Source of the DNA: Alphaproteobacteria bacterium
Lineage (GTDB): Bacteria > Pseudomonadota > Alphaproteobacteria > Bin95
Direction of reading: 5' to 3'
NCBI GenBank assembly: GCA_022827685.1
Contig: JAJEIH010000053.1
Coordinates: forward strand, 56 to 64,055
DNA: 64,000 nt
The notes below the pieces were generated by a model that saw nothing but the letters and a program-made list of their open reading frames with translations, was not told where the DNA came from and made no database searches. Position 1 is the first letter of the stretch. Every line of letters begins with the position of its first letter. Shown one piece after another: positions 19,503 to 29,380 of this stretch. The position numbers and the translations under genes are program-made.

Positions 19503-20912
19503 ATGACCGACAGCTTCGATACCGTCGTCATCGGCGGCGGGCCGGGCGGCTATGTGGCGGCGATCCGGGCGGCGCAGCTCGGCATGCGCACCGCCTGCGT
19601 CGAGAAGCGGGCGACGCTCGGCGGCACCTGCCTGAATGTCGGCTGCATTCCCTCGAAGGAACTGCTGCACAGCACGCACCTGTTCGAGCAGGCGCGCGAC
19701 GGCTTCGCGAAGCGCGGCATCCTCGCCCCCGGCGGCGTCGAGGTCGATCTGGCGGCGATGATGGCCGGCAAGGACAAGGTGGTGCGCGACCTTACGAAAG
19801 GCATCGGCTTCCTGTTCCGCAAGAACAAGGTGGAGCATGTTGCGGGCACCGGCCGCATTGCCGGGCCGGGCCGCGTCGAGGTTACTCCCGAAGACGGGGA
19901 GCCCCGCGTGCTGGAGGCCCGCAATATCGTCATCGCCACGGGGTCCGAGCCGGCGGGCCTGCCGGGCATCGGGATCGACGAGAAGCGCATCCTCTCCTCC
20001 ACCGGCGCGCTTGCGCTGGAGGCGGTGCCGGAGCATCTGGCCGTCATCGGCGGCGGTTACATCGGGCTGGAGATGGCGGTCGTCTGGAGCCGGCTCGGCG
20101 CGAAGGTGACGGTGATCGAGTTCCTCGACCGCATCCTTCCCAACATGGACGGCGACGTGGCCAAGGGGATGCACCGCATCCTGAAGAAGAAGGGCTTCGC
20201 GTTCATGCTCGGTCACAAGGTGGCCGGCGCGGCGACCGGCAAGGCAGGCGTGACGCTTTCGGTCGAGAAGCTGGCGTCGGGGGAGGCCTCGACCGTCGAG
20301 GCGGACGCGGTGCTGGTGGCGGTCGGGCGTCGCCCGTACACGGCGGGGCTCGGCCTCGAAAGCGTCGGCATCGAGACGGACGCGCAGGGGCGGATCGGGA
20401 TCGATGACTGTTTCCGCACGAGCGCGGAGGGCATCTATGCCATCGGCGATGTGGTGCGCGGGCCGATGCTGGCGCACAAGGCCGAGGACGAAGGGGCGGT
20501 GTGCGCCGAGATCGTCGCCGGCCAGTCCGGCCATATCGACTACGACGCGATTCCGGGCGTGGTCTATACATGGCCGGAAGCGGCGGCGGTCGGCCGGACG
20601 GAGGAAGCGCTGAAGGAGGCGGGGATCGACTACGCCGTCGGGCGCTTCCCGTTCCAGGCCAACAGCCGGGCCCGCTGCAGCGGCGAGACCGAGGGCTTCG
20701 TCAAGATTCTGGCCGACAGGCGCACTGACCGGGTGCTCGGCGTGCATATCCTGGGCGCGGATGCCGGCACGATGATCGCCGAGGCGGCGCTGGCGATGGA
20801 GTTCGGCGCCTCGGCCGAGGACGTCGCGCGAACCTGCCACGCCCATCCCACTCTCAACGAGGCGGTCAAGGAAGCGGCGCTCGCCGTGGACGGCCGCCCG
20901 ATCCATGTCTGA
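19503..20912 (+). CDS. lpdA: Dihydrolipoyl dehydrogenase (E3)
   Basis: VVIGGGPGGYVAAIRAAQLG, GGTCLNVGCIPSK redox-active disulfide, and HAHPTL. Confidence 0.95.
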   Translation: MTDSFDTVVIGGGPGGYVAAIRAAQLGMRTACVEKRATLGGTCLNVGCIPSKELLHSTHLFEQARDGFAKRGILAPGGVEVDLAAMMAGKDKVVRDLTKGIGFLFRKNKVEHVAGTGRIAGPGRVEVTPEDGEPRVLEARNIVIATGSEPAGLPGIGIDEKRILSSTGALALEAVPEHLAVIGGGYIGLEMAVVWSRLGAKVTVIEFLDRILPNMDGDVAKGMHRILKKKGFAFMLGHKVAGAATGKAGVTLSVEKLASGEASTVEADAVLVAVGRRPYTAGLGLESVGIETDAQGRIGIDDCFRTSAEGIYAIGDVVRGPMLAHKAEDEGAVCAEIVAGQSGHIDYDAIPGVVYTWPEAAAVGRTEEALKEAGIDYAVGRFPFQANSRARCSGETEGFVKILADRRTDRVLGVHILGADAGTMIAEAALAMEFGASAEDVARTCHAHPTLNEAVKEAALAVDGRPIHV

Positions 20913-20945
20913 ACAGCAAGGACCCGGCAAGGAAGGATATCCCCC

Positions 20946-21554
20946 ATGAAGCTCTACACATCCATCGGGCCGAACCCGCATGTCGTGCGCATGTTCATGG
21001 CCGAGGCCGGTATCGAGGTGCCCGAGGAGAAGGTCGATATCCTCAAGGGCGTCAACCGGGAAGACGAGTATCTCTCGAAGAACCCGTCCGGCCAGAGCCC
21101 CTGCCTGGAACTCGATGACGGCAGCCATATCGCCGAGATCACGGCGATCTGCGAATATCTGGCGGACCGGCAGGGCGGCTCGCCGCTGATCGGCTCGACG
21201 CCGGAGGAGCGCGCCGAAACCCGGATGTGGACCCGCCGCGTCGATCTCAATATCTGCGAGCCGCTCGCCAACGGCTTCCGCTATGGCGAGGGGCTGAGGA
21301 TGTTCCAGAGCCGGATGCGCTGCCTGCCGGAGGCGTCCGACGGCCTGAAGGCCATCGCCCAGGACAAGATCGCCTGGCTGGACGCGCAGATGGGCGACAG
21401 GCAGTTCCTCTGCGGCGACCGTATCAGCCTCGCCGACATCCTGCTCTACTGCTTCCTCGCCTTCGGCAAGACGGTCGGCCAGAACGTCGCGCCCGAGAAC
21501 GGGAAGGTGACCGCCTGGTTCGAGCGCATGGAGGCGCGCCCCACCTCCGCCTGA
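20946..21554 (+). CDS. Glutathione S-transferase
   Basis: GST N-terminal thioredoxin fold (MKLYTSIGPNPHVVRMFMAE...SPCLELDDG) and C-terminal helical domain. Confidence 0.8.
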   Translation: MKLYTSIGPNPHVVRMFMAEAGIEVPEEKVDILKGVNREDEYLSKNPSGQSPCLELDDGSHIAEITAICEYLADRQGGSPLIGSTPEERAETRMWTRRVDLNICEPLANGFRYGEGLRMFQSRMRCLPEASDGLKAIAQDKIAWLDAQMGDRQFLCGDRISLADILLYCFLAFGKTVGQNVAPENGKVTAWFERMEARPTSA

Positions 21555-21697
21555 GCGGAGCTCATGCCGGTGGCGGCCTGCCTGCGGGCCGCCCGTCGTC
21601 CCATGTCGGAAATCTGCAAGTGTTTGTTCGGCAGCAGGAAAATTTCGCCGGCGCACCCGAGTGATCTTCGCCCCCGTTCTCGCGGCCGGGGGACGTC

Positions 21698-22813
21698 ATG
21701 GACCTGTCCCTGCATAGCATTATCGGGGCCCGCTCTCTTGGAGAGTTCGACGCGCCGGCCCCCGTGGCGCGCGGACTGCCTGCTTCGGCCTATACCAGCG
21801 AGGCGTTCTTCGCGCTCGAGAACGAACGGATTTTCGCCTCTTCATGGGTGTTCGCCGGCTTCGTGCATGAGCTGGCCCGGCCGGGCGACGCCGTTCCCGT
21901 CACCGTCGCGGGCCGGCCCGTGCTGCTGCTGCGCGACACGGCTGGCGGGATCAGGGCGTTCCACAATGTCTGCCGCCACCGCTGCCTCAAGCTTGTGGAC
22001 CGGCCCGGAAATCTCGGGCGGGCGATCCGCTGCCCCTACCACGCCTGGACATACGGGCTCGACGGCGGGTTGCGCGCCGCGCCTTATTTCGGCGGGCGCG
22101 AGCCGCGCGCCGCTCCGGCTGGCTTCGACCGCAGCGAGCACGGGCTGGCGCCGGTCCGGGCGGCGGCATGGCACGACTGGATTTTCGTCAATCTGGACGG
22201 CGCGGCGCCGCCGTTCGAGGAGTTCGTGGCGCCGCTCCGGAAGCGGCTCGACGGGCTCGACCTCTCGCGGATGCAGCATCTTGCCACCATCGATTTCGGC
22301 GAGATCGCCGCGAACTGGAAGCTCCTCATCGAGAACTTCATCGAGCCTTATCATGTGCAATTCGTGCATGCCCGCACCACCGACCAGCCGCTTGGCGACC
22401 ATTACACGGTGAATGAACCGGGCTGCCTCGGCTGCGCCGTCGATGTCTCCCGCGAGGCGAGAAAGGCGGATGTCCTGTCCGGGGACTCGCGTTTCCTGAC
22501 GTTGTTTCCGAACTTCGTGTTCGGGCTCTACCTGCCGGACCAGCTGGGCGTGCATCTCGACACGCCGCTGGCGCCCGGCCGCACCCTGCAAAGGCGCGCG
22601 ATCTACAGCCTGGACCCGGCGCCGGACTCGAACGGGCGGGCCGAGCGGCTTGCAGCACTCTGGCGGGAGGTGCATCGCGAAGACCACGCCATGTGCGAGC
22701 GGCTCCAGCAGGGGCGGGCCAGCGATGTGGCCGCTGCCGGCGGCGTCCTCTCGCCGGTCTGGGAGGATTCGGTGCGAAACTTCCAGAACCTCGTGATCGA
22801 ACGCTTGCGGTAG
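21698..22813 (+). CDS. Rieske [2Fe-2S] non-haem iron oxygenase alpha subunit (aromatic ring-hydroxylating or demethylase type)
   Basis: Rieske motif CRHRC...CPYHAW, and a catalytic-domain His pair (EPYHVQFVH). Confidence 0.8.
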   Translation: MDLSLHSIIGARSLGEFDAPAPVARGLPASAYTSEAFFALENERIFASSWVFAGFVHELARPGDAVPVTVAGRPVLLLRDTAGGIRAFHNVCRHRCLKLVDRPGNLGRAIRCPYHAWTYGLDGGLRAAPYFGGREPRAAPAGFDRSEHGLAPVRAAAWHDWIFVNLDGAAPPFEEFVAPLRKRLDGLDLSRMQHLATIDFGEIAANWKLLIENFIEPYHVQFVHARTTDQPLGDHYTVNEPGCLGCAVDVSREARKADVLSGDSRFLTLFPNFVFGLYLPDQLGVHLDTPLAPGRTLQRRAIYSLDPAPDSNGRAERLAALWREVHREDHAMCERLQQGRASDVAAAGGVLSPVWEDSVRNFQNLVIERLR

Positions 22814-22850
22814 AGCGCCGTCCGTTCGAGCCAAAACGGGCGCATCCGCA

Positions 22851-22916
22851 GGGCCTCGAACGTCGCCCCGTAAGGAGCGAAGCAGCCTGCCCGGTCTCGA
22901 TCCGGGGCAGGTCCGG
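22851..22916 (-). repeat. Partial inverted copy (copy C) of repeat R2
   Basis: The reverse complement reads ccccggatcgagaccgggcaggctgcttcgctccttacggggcgacgttcgagg. In copy B the equivalent is cccccggatcgggtccggggcaggctgctgcgctccgtccggggtgacgatcggagg. Confidence 0.6.
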
Positions 22917-23052
22917 AACAAGGATTTCGGGCTCGGCCCGGGATGCATCTCCATCGGAACGAATTCCGCTTTGGCATATGCCACCTTGTCCAATGATGCA
23001 TAACGATGATGTATAACAGGCATTCCAAACTCTATGCCGAGGGTATCGCGGA

Positions 23053-23541
23053 ATGCATACCGGCGCAGGACGAGCGCCGAAGGAAGGCCGGAACATCCGG
23101 TTCGCGGCGGCGGCAATCGGGCTTGCGGCGTCGCTGTTGGCCGCGCCCCTGTCGGCGGCGGACTATTCCTGGCCCGTCGTCCGCGTCATCGACGGCGACA
23201 CGGTCAAGGTCGATGCCGGCGCGGACCTGCCGCCGGAGCTCGCCTCGCTCTCCGTCCGGCTGCGCGGCGTCGATACGCCGGAGAAGGGCAGGCGGGCGAA
23301 ATGCGAGGCCGAGCGGCAGGCGGGCCGCGCCGCGACCGCCTTCACCGAAGCGGCGGTCGCCGGGGCCGGCAGCATCCTCGTCCGCGACCCCGCCTGGGGC
23401 AAATGGGGCGGCCGCGTCATCGCCGACCTCATACTGGACGGCAGGTCGCTGTCGGCGGCCCTGCTCGAAACAGGCCACGGGCGGGCCTATGGCGGCGGCC
23501 GGCGTGGGAGCTGGTGTCCGAAAGCAGCGCCGGTGAACTGA
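23053..23541 (+). CDS. Secreted thermonuclease (SNase/micrococcal-nuclease-like) protein
   Basis: Signal-peptide-like N-terminus (AAAAIGLAASLLAAPLSAADY), then VIDGDTVKV...RLRGVDTPE..., characteristic of the SNase fold. Confidence 0.7.
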   Translation: MHTGAGRAPKEGRNIRFAAAAIGLAASLLAAPLSAADYSWPVVRVIDGDTVKVDAGADLPPELASLSVRLRGVDTPEKGRRAKCEAERQAGRAATAFTEAAVAGAGSILVRDPAWGKWGGRVIADLILDGRSLSAALLETGHGRAYGGGRRGSWCPKAAPVN

Positions 23542-23765
23542 CAGGCGGCAGTCTCCGAGGACGCTGACGGGCGCGCGGCGGGGCATATCGTATTGTCTTG
23601 CGCACAGGGTCGGGTCGGGTACGAGAGGCCGCTCCGGGCCTCGAACTGCCGTCCGGGCGCCGGCGTCGGTTGGAGGCGCCGCTCCAATCGGATTGAATGT
23701 CGCGTTATCGTATATTCGGTCCATGTAAAATCTCGTCACTGCCGACAACGAAGGAAACTGTCCTC

Positions 23766-24563
23766 ATGGCGGGAAGACGGGAAAGGAATCGCCGGGCCGA
23801 AAGAAAAGGCGCGGCCCCGGCGGTCTCCTCGTCGGGCGCGATCCCGCGCATTGCACTCGTGGATTTCCTCCGGGGCGCGGCCTTGTTCGGCATGACCGTC
23901 TTCCATTTCGTTTTCGACCTTGAGTTTTTCGGCCTGGAAGAACAGGGCTACTCGGAGCAGCTCCATTGGTGGACGCTTGCGACCATTGTCGCCGGCAGCT
24001 TTCTCTTTCTCACGGGCGCGAGCCTTTATCTCGCGCACAGCGGCGGGATCCGGTGGAGACCATGGAGGCGGCGCTTCGTCATCGTCGTGCTTGCTGCACT
24101 CGCGATCACCGCCGTGACCCGGTTCGTGACGCCGGAGACCTACATCTTCTTCGGCATCCTGCACATGATCGCGATTGCGAGCATCGCCGGGCTCGCATTT
24201 CTCCGGGCTCCGTGGTGGTTGGCCGTCGCATTCGCGGCTGCGGTCTTCGCGGTCGATGAGCTCATTGCAATGGAGTGGCTGAACGCATCGGCGCTTAGCT
24301 GGCTCGGCCTCGGGAGCGTCGCGCCCGCGGCAAGCGATTTCCGCCCCGTGTTTCCCTGGCTCGCGCCGGCGCTTCTGGGCGTGGGAGCGGCGAAATTGTG
24401 CCATCGGGCAGGCTGGCTGCAGGTTCTGGCGGTGCCAAGACTTGAGGGATGGTCCGGAAACGCCGTTCGCTTCATCGGCCGCCACAGCCTCGTTTACTAC
24501 CTGCTGCACCAGCCGGTGCTCTTCGCCCTTTTCTGGGCATGGCTTCAGCTCGCGGGGCGTTAA
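23766..24563 (+). CDS. DUF1624 / heparan-alpha-glucosaminide N-acetyltransferase-like membrane protein
   Basis: Multi-TM protein with the LVDFLRGAALFGMTVFHF motif. AAGGAA RBS precedes the ATG at 23766. Confidence 0.65.
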   Translation: MAGRRERNRRAERKGAAPAVSSSGAIPRIALVDFLRGAALFGMTVFHFVFDLEFFGLEEQGYSEQLHWWTLATIVAGSFLFLTGASLYLAHSGGIRWRPWRRRFVIVVLAALAITAVTRFVTPETYIFFGILHMIAIASIAGLAFLRAPWWLAVAFAAAVFAVDELIAMEWLNASALSWLGLGSVAPAASDFRPVFPWLAPALLGVGAAKLCHRAGWLQVLAVPRLEGWSGNAVRFIGRHSLVYYLLHQPVLFALFWAWLQLAGR

Positions 24564-26971
24564 CCCCGCAGCACGGCCCCCGTGGCCTTTGCTACGGCGG
24601 CGACGATGCGGGCGGACGCGGCTTCGAGGTCGGCGTCGGTCAGGGTGGCGTCCTGCGGCTGGAGGGTGACGGCGACGGCGAGCGACTTGCGGCCCTGCTC
24701 GATGCCCTTGCCGCGATAGACATCGAACACCGTCGCGTCCGCGATCAGCGCCTTGTCCGCATTGCGCACCGCGCGCAGCACGCTGTCGGCCTCGATCTCC
24801 TCGGCGACCACGAAGGCGAAGTCGCGCTCGACCGGCTGGAAGGCGGAGCGGCTGAGAGCCGGGCGGAGCTTGCCGCCGGCCTTCGCCCTCGGCACCGGCA
24901 CGGCGTCGGGGAAGGCCTCGAAGGCCGCCAGGGGGCCCGCCGCATCGAAGGCCTCCAGCACGCGGGGATGCAGCTCGCCGAACCAGGCCAGCGGGACCGC
25001 GCCAAGCCTGAGCGCGCCCGAGCGGCCGGGATGGAACCAGGCCGGCGCATCGGCGGTAACGCGCAGCTTGTCCACGGGCGCCTCGAGCGCCTTCAACGCC
25101 GTGAGCGCGTCCGCCTTGGCGTCGAGCGCATCGACGGGGCGCGGGCGCTGGCTCCAGTGGCGGGGCGTGGCGCCCCATCTGACGCCGCCGGCGGCCTGTA
25201 GCTGCCCTTCCGGCTCGATGGCCGCGGCCTCCGGGCGGAACACAGGCCCCACCTCGAACAGCGCGCCCGCCGCCCGCCCGCCATCGGCGTTGCGCCGGGC
25301 GGCGTCCAGCAGGTTCGGCAGGATGGAGGGGCGCATGCAGTCGAGATCGGTGCTGATCGGGTTGTCGAGCCGGAGCAGGGCGTCGCCGCCGCCGAACAGC
25401 GCCGCATGGCCCGCCGGCATGAAGGAGAAAGTGACGGCCTCGGCCATGCCGGCCGCCGCGAGCGCCCGGCGCAGCTTCGCCGCGTGCGCCGCCGCGCGGG
25501 TGAGCGCCGGGGCCGGCAGCACGGCCGGGGCCGGGAAGTCGGCCACCGGAATGTGCTCGAAGCCATGGACCCGGAGCACCTCCTCCACAAGGTCGGCCTC
25601 GCCCAGAATGTCCGGCCGCCAGGGCGGCGGGGCGACCGACATCGCGCCGTCCTCGACCCCGAAGCCGAGCGCCCGGAGGATTTCGACGCTGCGCGCCGCC
25701 GGCACCGCAACGCCGCCCAGGCCCTCCACCCGCTCCGGGCGGAAACGGTAGCGCCGCCGCCAGTCCGGCTCCCCGCCCGCCACGACCGGCAGGCTCGCCT
25801 CGCCGCCGCAGAAGTCGAGGATCATGCGCGTGGCGGCCTCCATGCCGGCCACGGCCGAGGTCGGATCGACGCCGCGCTCGAAGCGGTAGCGGGCATCGCT
25901 CTGCACGCCGATCCTGCGGCCGGTGGCGGCGGTGCGCAGCGGGTCGAACAGCGCGCTTTCGAGGAAGACATTGACCGTGTCCTCCGTGCAGCCCGTCGCT
26001 TCGCCGCCCATGATGCCGCCGAAGGCGTTGCCCTTCGCCTCGTCGCAAATGAGCGTCATGTCCGCGTCGGCGGTGTAGCTGCGCCCGTCCAGCGCGGCGA
26101 TTTCCTCGCCGTCCCGGCCCATGCGCACCACCACGTCGCCCTCGAGCCTGTCCGCATCGAAGACATGCAGCGGGCGGCCCATGTCCAGGGTGAAATAATT
26201 GGTGATATCGACCAGCGCGGAGATCGGGCGCAGGCCCACGGCGCGCAGGCGGTCCTGGACCCATTTCGGCGACGGGCCGTTGCTCACGCCCCGGACGTAG
26301 CGCCCGGCGAAGAGCGGGCAGGCCTCCGGCCGGTCGCCGAGTTCGAGGCGCACGGCGACCGGGCTCTCGAAGGCGCCCGGCACGGTCTCGCCCCAGCCGG
26401 GCACGCCCTTGAGCGCGCCGAGGCCCCTTGCGGCGAGGTCGCGGGCGATGCCGCGAATGCCGGCGCAGTCGCCGCGATTGGGCGTGAGCCCGATCTCGAT
26501 CACGGGGTCGTCGAGCCCCGCAATCCGCGCATAAGGCGCCCCGAGCGGGGTGTCCGCCGGCAGTTCGACGATGCCCTCATGCTCGTCCGAGACGCCGAGT
26601 TCGCGCTCCGAAAGCAGCATGCCGTTGCTCTCGACGCCGCGAATGGTCGTCTTCTTCAGCCGGAGATCCGTGCCCGGTATCCAGCTTCCGGAAGGCGCGA
26701 ACACGCCCATCATGCCGGTGCGCGCGTTCGGCGCGCCGCAGACGACCTGCACCTCTTCCGCGCCCGTATCCACCAGGCAGACGCGGAGGCGGTCCGCCTG
26801 CGGATGCGGCTCGGCGGAGAGCACGCGGGCGGTTGTGAAGGCGGCCAGGTCCCGCGCGCGGTCCTCCACGCCGTCCACCTCGAGGCCCAGCATGGTCAGC
26901 GCCTCGCAGACCTCGTCGAGCGACGCCTCCGTGTCGAGATGGTCCTTCAGCCAGGAGAAAGTGAACTTCAC
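24560..26971 (-). CDS. pheT: Phenylalanine-tRNA ligase beta subunit
   Basis: (M/V)[14 protein letters not shown]-terminus (GTG start with GGAGG RBS), tRNA-binding and B3/4 domains, 803 aa. The upstream 1195-aa ORF extension in this frame is an artefact. Confidence 0.95.
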   Translation of the reverse strand: MKFTFSWLKDHLDTEASLDEVCEALTMLGLEVDGVEDRARDLAAFTTARVLSAEPHPQADRLRVCLVDTGAEEVQVVCGAPNARTGMMGVFAPSGSWIPGTDLRLKKTTIRGVESNGMLLSERELGVSDEHEGIVELPADTPLGAPYARIAGLDDPVIEIGLTPNRGDCAGIRGIARDLAARGLGALKGVPGWGETVPGAFESPVAVRLELGDRPEACPLFAGRYVRGVSNGPSPKWVQDRLRAVGLRPISALVDITNYFTLDMGRPLHVFDADRLEGDVVVRMGRDGEEIAALDGRSYTADADMTLICDEAKGNAFGGIMGGEATGCTEDTVNVFLESALFDPLRTAATGRRIGVQSDARYRFERGVDPTSAVAGMEAATRMILDFCGGEASLPVVAGGEPDWRRRYRFRPERVEGLGGVAVPAARSVEILRALGFGVEDGAMSVAPPPWRPDILGEADLVEEVLRVHGFEHIPVADFPAPAVLPAPALTRAAAHAAKLRRALAAAGMAEAVTFSFMPAGHAALFGGGDALLRLDNPISTDLDCMRPSILPNLLDAARRNADGGRAAGALFEVGPVFRPEAAAIEPEGQLQAAGGVRWGATPRHWSQRPRPVDALDAKADALTALKALEAPVDKLRVTADAPAWFHPGRSGALRLGAVPLAWFGELHPRVLEAFDAAGPLAAFEAFPDAVPVPRAKAGGKLRPALSRSAFQPVERDFAFVVAEEIEADSVLRAVRNADKALIADATVFDVYRGKGIEQGRKSLAVAVTLQPQDATLTDADLEAASARIVAAVAKATGAVLRG

Positions 26972-28044
26972 TCTGCCGCCTCCGCGATCAGGCCGGGAAT
27001 GTCCAGCGGCGGGAAGCCGTAATGGCGGAGCCAGCGCAGGTCCGAGTCGAACATCGTGCGCAGGTCCGGGATGCCGTATTTCAGCATCGCGATCCGCTCG
27101 ATCCCCATGCCGAAGGCGAAGCCCTGCCACTCTTCCGGGTCGAGGCCGCAATTGGCGATCACCTTCGGATGCACCATGCCGGAGCCGAGAATCTCGAGCC
27201 AGTCGCCGCCCGCGCCGATGCGCAGCTGCCCGCCCTCGCGCGTGCAGCCGATATCGACCTCCGCCGAGGGCTCCGTAAACGGGAAATGGCTCGGCCGGAA
27301 ACGCACCGGCAGGTCGGCCACGCCGAAAAAGGCGCGGCAGAATTCGATCAGGCAGCCCTTGAGGTGGCCCATATGGATCGCCTTGCCGATCGCCAGCCCC
27401 TCGACCTGGTGGAACATGGGCGAGTGGGTGGCGTCGTGGTCCGAGCGGTAGGTGCGGCCCGGAACGATGACCCGGAGCGGCGGCGGCGCGGCCTGCATGG
27501 TGCGGATCTGCACCGGGCTCGTATGGGTGCGCAGCACCGGCCGCGACCCGGCCTCGCCGGCGAGGTAGAAGGTGTCCATCTCCTGGCGCGCGGGATGCTC
27601 GGGCGGAATGTTGAGGGCGGTGAAATTGTGCCAGTCGTCCTCGATGTCCGGCCCCTCGGCCCAGCGGAAGCCCATCTCGCCGAATATCTGGGTGACTTCG
27701 TCGATGGTCTGCGAAATCGGATGCAGGCTGCCTTCCGGCGCGGGCCGGACGGGCAGCGTGACGTCGATGCGCTCGGAGGCGAGGCGGCGCTCCAGCTCCG
27801 CCTCCGCGAGCGCCGCCCTGCGCGCGTCGATGGCGTCCGAAACCGCCTGCTTCAGCAGGTTGAGGGCCTGGCCCCGCTCGCGCCGCTCCTCGGGCGCGGA
27901 CCGGCCGAGGCTCTTCATCAGCCCGGTGACGGCGCCGCGCCGGCCGAGCGCGCGCACCCGCACATCCTCCAGCGCCTCCAGGCTGTCGGCCGCCTGCACG
28001 GCACCCTCCAGCTCGTCCCGGAGCGCCGTCAATTCGTCCGACAT
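26968..28044 (-). CDS. pheS: Phenylalanine-tRNA ligase alpha subunit
   Basis: Class II aaRS core (FPFTEPS, GCGMVHP). The stop overlaps the pheT start. Confidence 0.95.
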   Translation of the reverse strand: MSDELTALRDELEGAVQAADSLEALEDVRVRALGRRGAVTGLMKSLGRSAPEERRERGQALNLLKQAVSDAIDARRAALAEAELERRLASERIDVTLPVRPAPEGSLHPISQTIDEVTQIFGEMGFRWAEGPDIEDDWHNFTALNIPPEHPARQEMDTFYLAGEAGSRPVLRTHTSPVQIRTMQAAPPPLRVIVPGRTYRSDHDATHSPMFHQVEGLAIGKAIHMGHLKGCLIEFCRAFFGVADLPVRFRPSHFPFTEPSAEVDIGCTREGGQLRIGAGGDWLEILGSGMVHPKVIANCGLDPEEWQGFAFGMGIERIAMLKYGIPDLRTMFDSDLRWLRHYGFPPLDIPGLIAEAAE

Positions 28045-28073
28045 GGAAGGCCCTCTTTACCCGGGAAACGCCT

Positions 28074-28430
28074 TCAGGCGCGCGCGGCCCGCGCCTGCTC
28101 CACCAGCGCCTTGAAGGACTCCGGCTCGCGGACGGCGAGGTCGGCAAGCACCTTGCGGTCCACCTCGATGCCCGCCTTGGCGATGCCGTCCATGAAGGCG
28201 GAATAGGTGAGCCCGTGCTCGCGGGCGGCGGCGTTGATGCGCTGGATCCAGAGCGAGCGGAAGTTGCGCTTGCGCGTCCGGCGGTCCCGGTAGGCGTATT
28301 GCAGCCCGCGCTCGACGCGCTCGATGGCGATGCGGAAGTTGTTCTTCGCCCGGCCGCGATAGCCTTTCGCCTGGGCCAGGACCTTCTTGTGCCGGCGGCG
28401 GTTGCCGGCGCCGCCCTTGATGCGGGACAT
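28074..28430 (-). CDS. rplT: 50S ribosomal protein L20
   Basis: [22 protein letters not shown]...[26 protein letters not shown]. Confidence 0.95.
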   Translation of the reverse strand: MSRIKGGAGNRRRHKKVLAQAKGYRGRAKNNFRIAIERVERGLQYAYRDRRTRKRNFRSLWIQRINAAAREHGLTYSAFMDGIAKAGIEVDRKVLADLAVREPESFKALVEQARAARA

Positions 28431-28448
28431 GGGTTGCGATCCTCCCGC

Positions 28449-28646
28449 TCAGGCGTATGGCATGAAGCGGAGCACGACCTTCGCGTCCGGCTTCGACATC
28501 GCCGTGGTTCCGCGCGCCTGGCGCTTCATCCGCTTCGACTTGTTGGCGAGGCAGTGGCGCTTGTAGGCGTGGTTCATCAGCACCTTGCCGGAGCCGGTCT
28601 TCTTGAACCGGCCCTTCGTGCTGCTCTTCGTCTTGAGCTTGGGCAT
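28449..28646 (-). CDS. rpmI: 50S ribosomal protein L35
   Basis: [22 protein letters not shown]..., 65 aa. Confidence 0.95.
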   Translation of the reverse strand: MPKLKTKSSTKGRFKKTGSGKVLMNHAYKRHCLANKSKRMKRQARGTTAMSKPDAKVVLRFMPYA

Positions 28647-28816
28647 TTTCCTGTCCTTGCAGCAAAGGCGGATTCAGGACGGCCGGGCATGCCCTCATAC
28701 GCGCCGGACCGTCCGTTCCGAAGGCGCGGGATATAGCCGGCCCCGGAGCGGGGCGCAAGGCCGGCGCGGCGGCTATGCCGTCGCACCCGCCGGCGATTGC
28801 AAATGCCGGCGAAGGG

Positions 28817-29353
28817 TCAGCGCGGCGACATCACCATGACCATCTGCCGCCCTTCCATCTTGGGGAACTGCTCGACCTTGACCAGGTCGCCGAGCTCGGT
28901 CTGCACCCGTTGCAGGACGGCGCGGCCGACTTCCTGATGGGCCAGCTCCCGTCCGCGGAAGCGCAGGGTCACCTTCACCTTGTCGCCTTCGTCGAGGAAC
29001 CGCCGGACCGAGCGCATCTTGGTGTCGTAATCATGCTGCTCGATCCCGGGGCGCATCTTGATTTCCTTGACCTCGATGGTCTTCTGCTTCTTGCGCGCCT
29101 CGTTCTTCTTCTTCTGCGCTTCGTATTTGAAACGCCCGTAATCGAGGACCTTGCAAACCGGCGGCTCCGCATTGGGCGAGACCTCCACCAGATCGAGGCC
29201 CGCGGCCTCGGCCGCTCCCAGCGCTTCGTCGATCTCCACAACACCGAGCATGCTGCCGTCAGCGCCGACCAGGCGGACCGACCGCGCTTCGATGTCCTCA
29301 TTCACGCGCGGCCCTTCCTTCTTGGGCGGCACTGTAGACGTGTATCGAGCTAT
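28817..29353 (-). CDS. infC: Translation initiation factor IF-3, probably with a non-canonical AUA start
   Basis: IF3 N- and C-domains (VRLVGADGSMLGVV...PPVCKVLDYGRFKYE...KEIKMRPGIEQHDY). The track start is a GTG at 29332. An in-frame ATA at 29351-29353 sits 7 nt downstream of GAAGGAG and would give a 178-aa protein like canonical IF3. Confidence 0.85.
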   Translation of the reverse strand: MARYTSTVPPKKEGPRVNEDIEARSVRLVGADGSMLGVVEIDEALGAAEAAGLDLVEVSPNAEPPVCKVLDYGRFKYEAQKKKNEARKKQKTIEVKEIKMRPGIEQHDYDTKMRSVRRFLDEGDKVKVTLRFRGRELAHQEVGRAVLQRVQTELGDLVKVEQFPKMEGRQMVMVMSPR

Positions 29354-29380
29354 GGACCGTCTCCTTCTCGCTCTTTCCCG

